NCBI GenBank assembly: GCA_002633005.1
Contig: NMRA01000010.1
Span: forward strand, 737,252 to 801,251
DNA from: Phoronis australis
Taxonomy: Eukaryota > Animalia > Phoronida
DNA: 64,000 nucleotides
Reading direction: 5' to 3'
In this document: positions 61,493 through 64,000 of the stretch, piece by piece
Layout of the letters: each line of letters starts with the position of its first letter
Position numbering within the stretch: position 1 is the stretch's first letter
The notes under the pieces: model-generated
What the model saw: only the letters and a program-made list of their open reading frames with translations
Database searches by the model: none
What the model was told of the DNA's origin: nothing
Program-made: the position numbers and the translations under genes

Positions 61493-61739
61493 AATAATAA
61501 TAATAAAAAATAATTGCAGGCGGTCTGATACACGTTGTACCAGACGTGCGCAGGCCTCGCATGTGGCCCATTGCACTGATCACCTTTACATATTTTTATG
61601 CTTTATTAATATATGGTTAAAACCGAGCCGAGGAGCTAGAAACCTGGCTCAAGGGTTTAGCAGTGTGACCTGGTGGGACTCGAACCCACGACCTCGAGTA
61701 ATGAAAGCGGGCACCAACCAACCAGGCCACACTGTCTCC
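61493..61739 (-). mobile_element. tRNA-derived SINE
   Basis: Minus strand: GGAGACAGTG, A-box TGGCCTGGTTGG, B-box GGTTCGAGTCC, a CCCTTGAGCCAGG core-like block and a (TTA)n 3' tail. Confidence 0.8.
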
Positions 61740-62239
61740 TCTTTCAAGCAATAACTGCCAGTACTTTCCAAACGCAGAACTATCCTACAATTTGATTCAG
61801 GAACAATTTGAGGCTAGTACTAGTATAAAGGTATGTGATGTGGATCAAGCGTTGGACTTCACTATGTAAGGCAGGTCCATAGCAAAACGGAACTTTTACA
61901 ATATACAAATTGGAAGATTGACTCTTGATTTACAACTTCCCTCGAATTGAGATGACCGACAATAGATCAAGTCAGTGAAAGTCACTTTTTGTGTCATTGT
62001 TAATCTGGTGAAATAGTAGATCTCATCACAAGCAAACCGTGAGATTGATGCATATTCACCACCAAAATCAATAACGTAATGACGCAAATATCAAAAAATG
62101 TAATATATTGTTTATAAGCTAATGCAGGTACATGAATGTACTCTACTGCGGTAATTTGTCCTTGAAGTGAGATATCTAAAGTGCGATGTCACACGAGCAG
62201 CTACAGAGAATGAAAACGATTCCACGAGCGCGCCTCTAA

Positions 62240-63132
62240 CACGGCGTTCCATCGAAATTGGAAGCCCGGTGTAAAACAGATATCCCGGAGTCGAAAACTG
62301 ACTCCCGCACCTTCAAAACAGCTAACCAGACCGAAAAACAAGAACCACGACCTTTAAAACAGGAACTCCGTGGATCTGACAGCACATCCGGGGACCGAAA
62401 CACCGCTCCCGCACTTTCTGTCCAATTGAATGCGTTGAGTTCAGAAATCCGACTCCAAACCCCGTTTTAATGATCAATTAGGAGTCGAAGTATATTTTTT
62501 TTGAGGGCAAGAACGGTGAAATTGGTGTCGTTGCAGGACTTTTGAGTGAATAAATCTCTCGGTCTATTTCAAAATCCGGAAATTGTGCCGGAAAGTCTCA
62601 ACAAGTAAGTCGACGAACCCTAAAATGCGACCAATGGTAAAGATATTTAAAGGAATTAATCAACAATGGCAAAGTCGAAATAATATTTTTGTTTTTCATT
62701 TTTGAAAATATTGTTGAAGAAACTATTGAATAATCTGAAATTAACTAAATATTCACCTAGATAACAACGTGTTGAGGATGTAGATTATGTTGAAATTCGC
62801 CCACAGACAAGTTGCACGAGTTTTATCAATAAAAATCAAATGAAGTCAATATAATATACGTTTCGTTTTATTATTGACAGATTTTAACAAACAAATACTG
62901 AAAACAACTGGAAAGTACTTGGAGATGCTTTAACTCAAAGTTTCAGGCTACTGACATCGTCTCAGAAAATTTGAAAAATTATCCAGGTTTCCAATCCGAT
63001 TCCTGGAATCCTTTTTAAAGATCGGGGTTCGTGTCTTTCGGGCTGGTTATCCGTCTTCAAGGTGCAGGACTCTGTTTGCGACTCCGAGATATCTGTTTTA
63101 CACCGGGATTCCAATTTAAATGAAACACCCTG
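62240..63132. mobile_element. Mariner-type MITE with ~135-bp TIRs
   Basis: 62240-62377 is the reverse complement of 62999-63132 (TTGGAA.CCCGGTGTAAAACAGATATC.CGGAGTCG); the right end reads CAGGGTGTTTCA on the minus strand, typical of Tc1/mariner termini. Confidence 0.8.
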
Positions 63133-63756
63133 TCTATGTTCCAGCGTCATTTCTATAAATCCCATTCCGGGGCTTGCAAAGAGTACACTCCCTCCCGCGC
63201 GACTAAACTCCACAAACGCACCGAAAAATCCATATCCGGTGATCAAGGAGCTACCAAAATCGAACCATGTGTCATGGGCAGGACTTAGGACCCGAGGTAA
63301 GGAGTTTGGTCACGTGTCCCGGAGTATGGAGTCTGATCCCAGGTAAAGGGAGAGTTTCGATGGAAGTGTGGAGTTGAGGGGCACGGCCATGAAATTCTTA
63401 CCACACCCTGATCTCCATGAATAAAACGTTGTAGAACATTTGAGTGGGCGTCAGTTGAAACTAATAAAATCCAGTAGGACCACAATGACTACTTCCATTG
63501 AACCTTGTTTTAGTATAATCTGCGAAGAACTACGTTGAAAATCCTGTTCAATAAATTACAATTCTTTGGCATTGTTTTCACTTTTTCCAGGTGTCAATAA
63601 AAACTGTTTTGAATGGTTGCCAAGAGACAATTTTACAAACATGATACATTCTTAGAACGACAATCTACAGTTCTAAGAATTTTATTTCAATGACTGAGTA
63701 CAAGGAGGGTCTCCTAACACATCACTAATCACCCGCTTTAGTAAAAGAACTATATA

Positions 63757-63911
63757 CATAGGCGGATCCAAGGGGCTCAAGGGGGCCCGGACCCCCTTTT
63801 TCTCTTGATTTTAGTGATATCAAATCTAGAATTTTCAATTTTTTCACTTGGACCCCCTTTTTAAAAATCCTTGGTCCGACCCTCTTTTAAAAATCCTGAA
63901 TCCGCCCCCTG
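63757..63911. mobile_element. 155-bp MITE with GGCGGATCC ends and 5-bp TSD
   Basis: CATAGGCGGATCCA...GAATCCGCCCCCTG flanked by ATATA on both sides. Confidence 0.8.
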
Positions 63912-64000
63912 ATATAGCCTCTTCTGGTCCGTAGCAAACACACTTTCTCTGCAGCATCTGGATTCTTTTGAAGCCAGGATCAAAAGTTTTGTTTCANAAG

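Noticed and set aside
61660-61739. tRNA gene on the minus strand
   Set aside because: A/B boxes are present but there is no proper acceptor or anticodon stem, and it continues into a SINE body and tail
62258-63246. Two similar peptides on opposite strands (EARCKTDIPES / ESRCKTDISES) suggesting paralogous genes
   Set aside because: They are translations of the two TIRs of one MITE

Overview
Eukaryotic (animal, most likely marine invertebrate) genomic DNA, AT-rich, with one assembly gap (24348-24601). The first ~15 kb holds two divergent, intron-containing genes that I could reconstruct exon by exon with GT-AG boundaries. RAB24 is on the minus strand: 4 coding exons, with the 3' end outside the window. 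THG1L (tRNA-His guanylyltransferase) is on the plus strand: 6 coding exons, complete, 297 aa from the first in-frame ATG and 267 aa from the conserved [12 protein letters not shown]. The remaining ~48 kb has no recognisable protein-coding gene. It is a mosaic of non-autonomous transposon remnants (hAT with 8-bp TSD, CAGGGGCGGATCC-ended MITEs with 5-bp TSD, Tc1/mariner-type MITEs, a Kolobok-like foldback, a tRNA-derived SINE, a LINE 3' end inside a 107-bp duplication), palindromes and microsatellites. A Helentron/HINE-like element with a higher-order tandem array sits in a THG1L intron. I found no convincing new biological system. The best leads are the THG1L translation-start architecture (two in-frame ATGs overlapped by a strong-context uORF), the CTCF-like motif array in the HINE, the 107-bp target duplication, an alternating-orientation palindrome array, and a hairpin-rich 19.6-21.5 kb block. 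All repeat alignments were done by eye.
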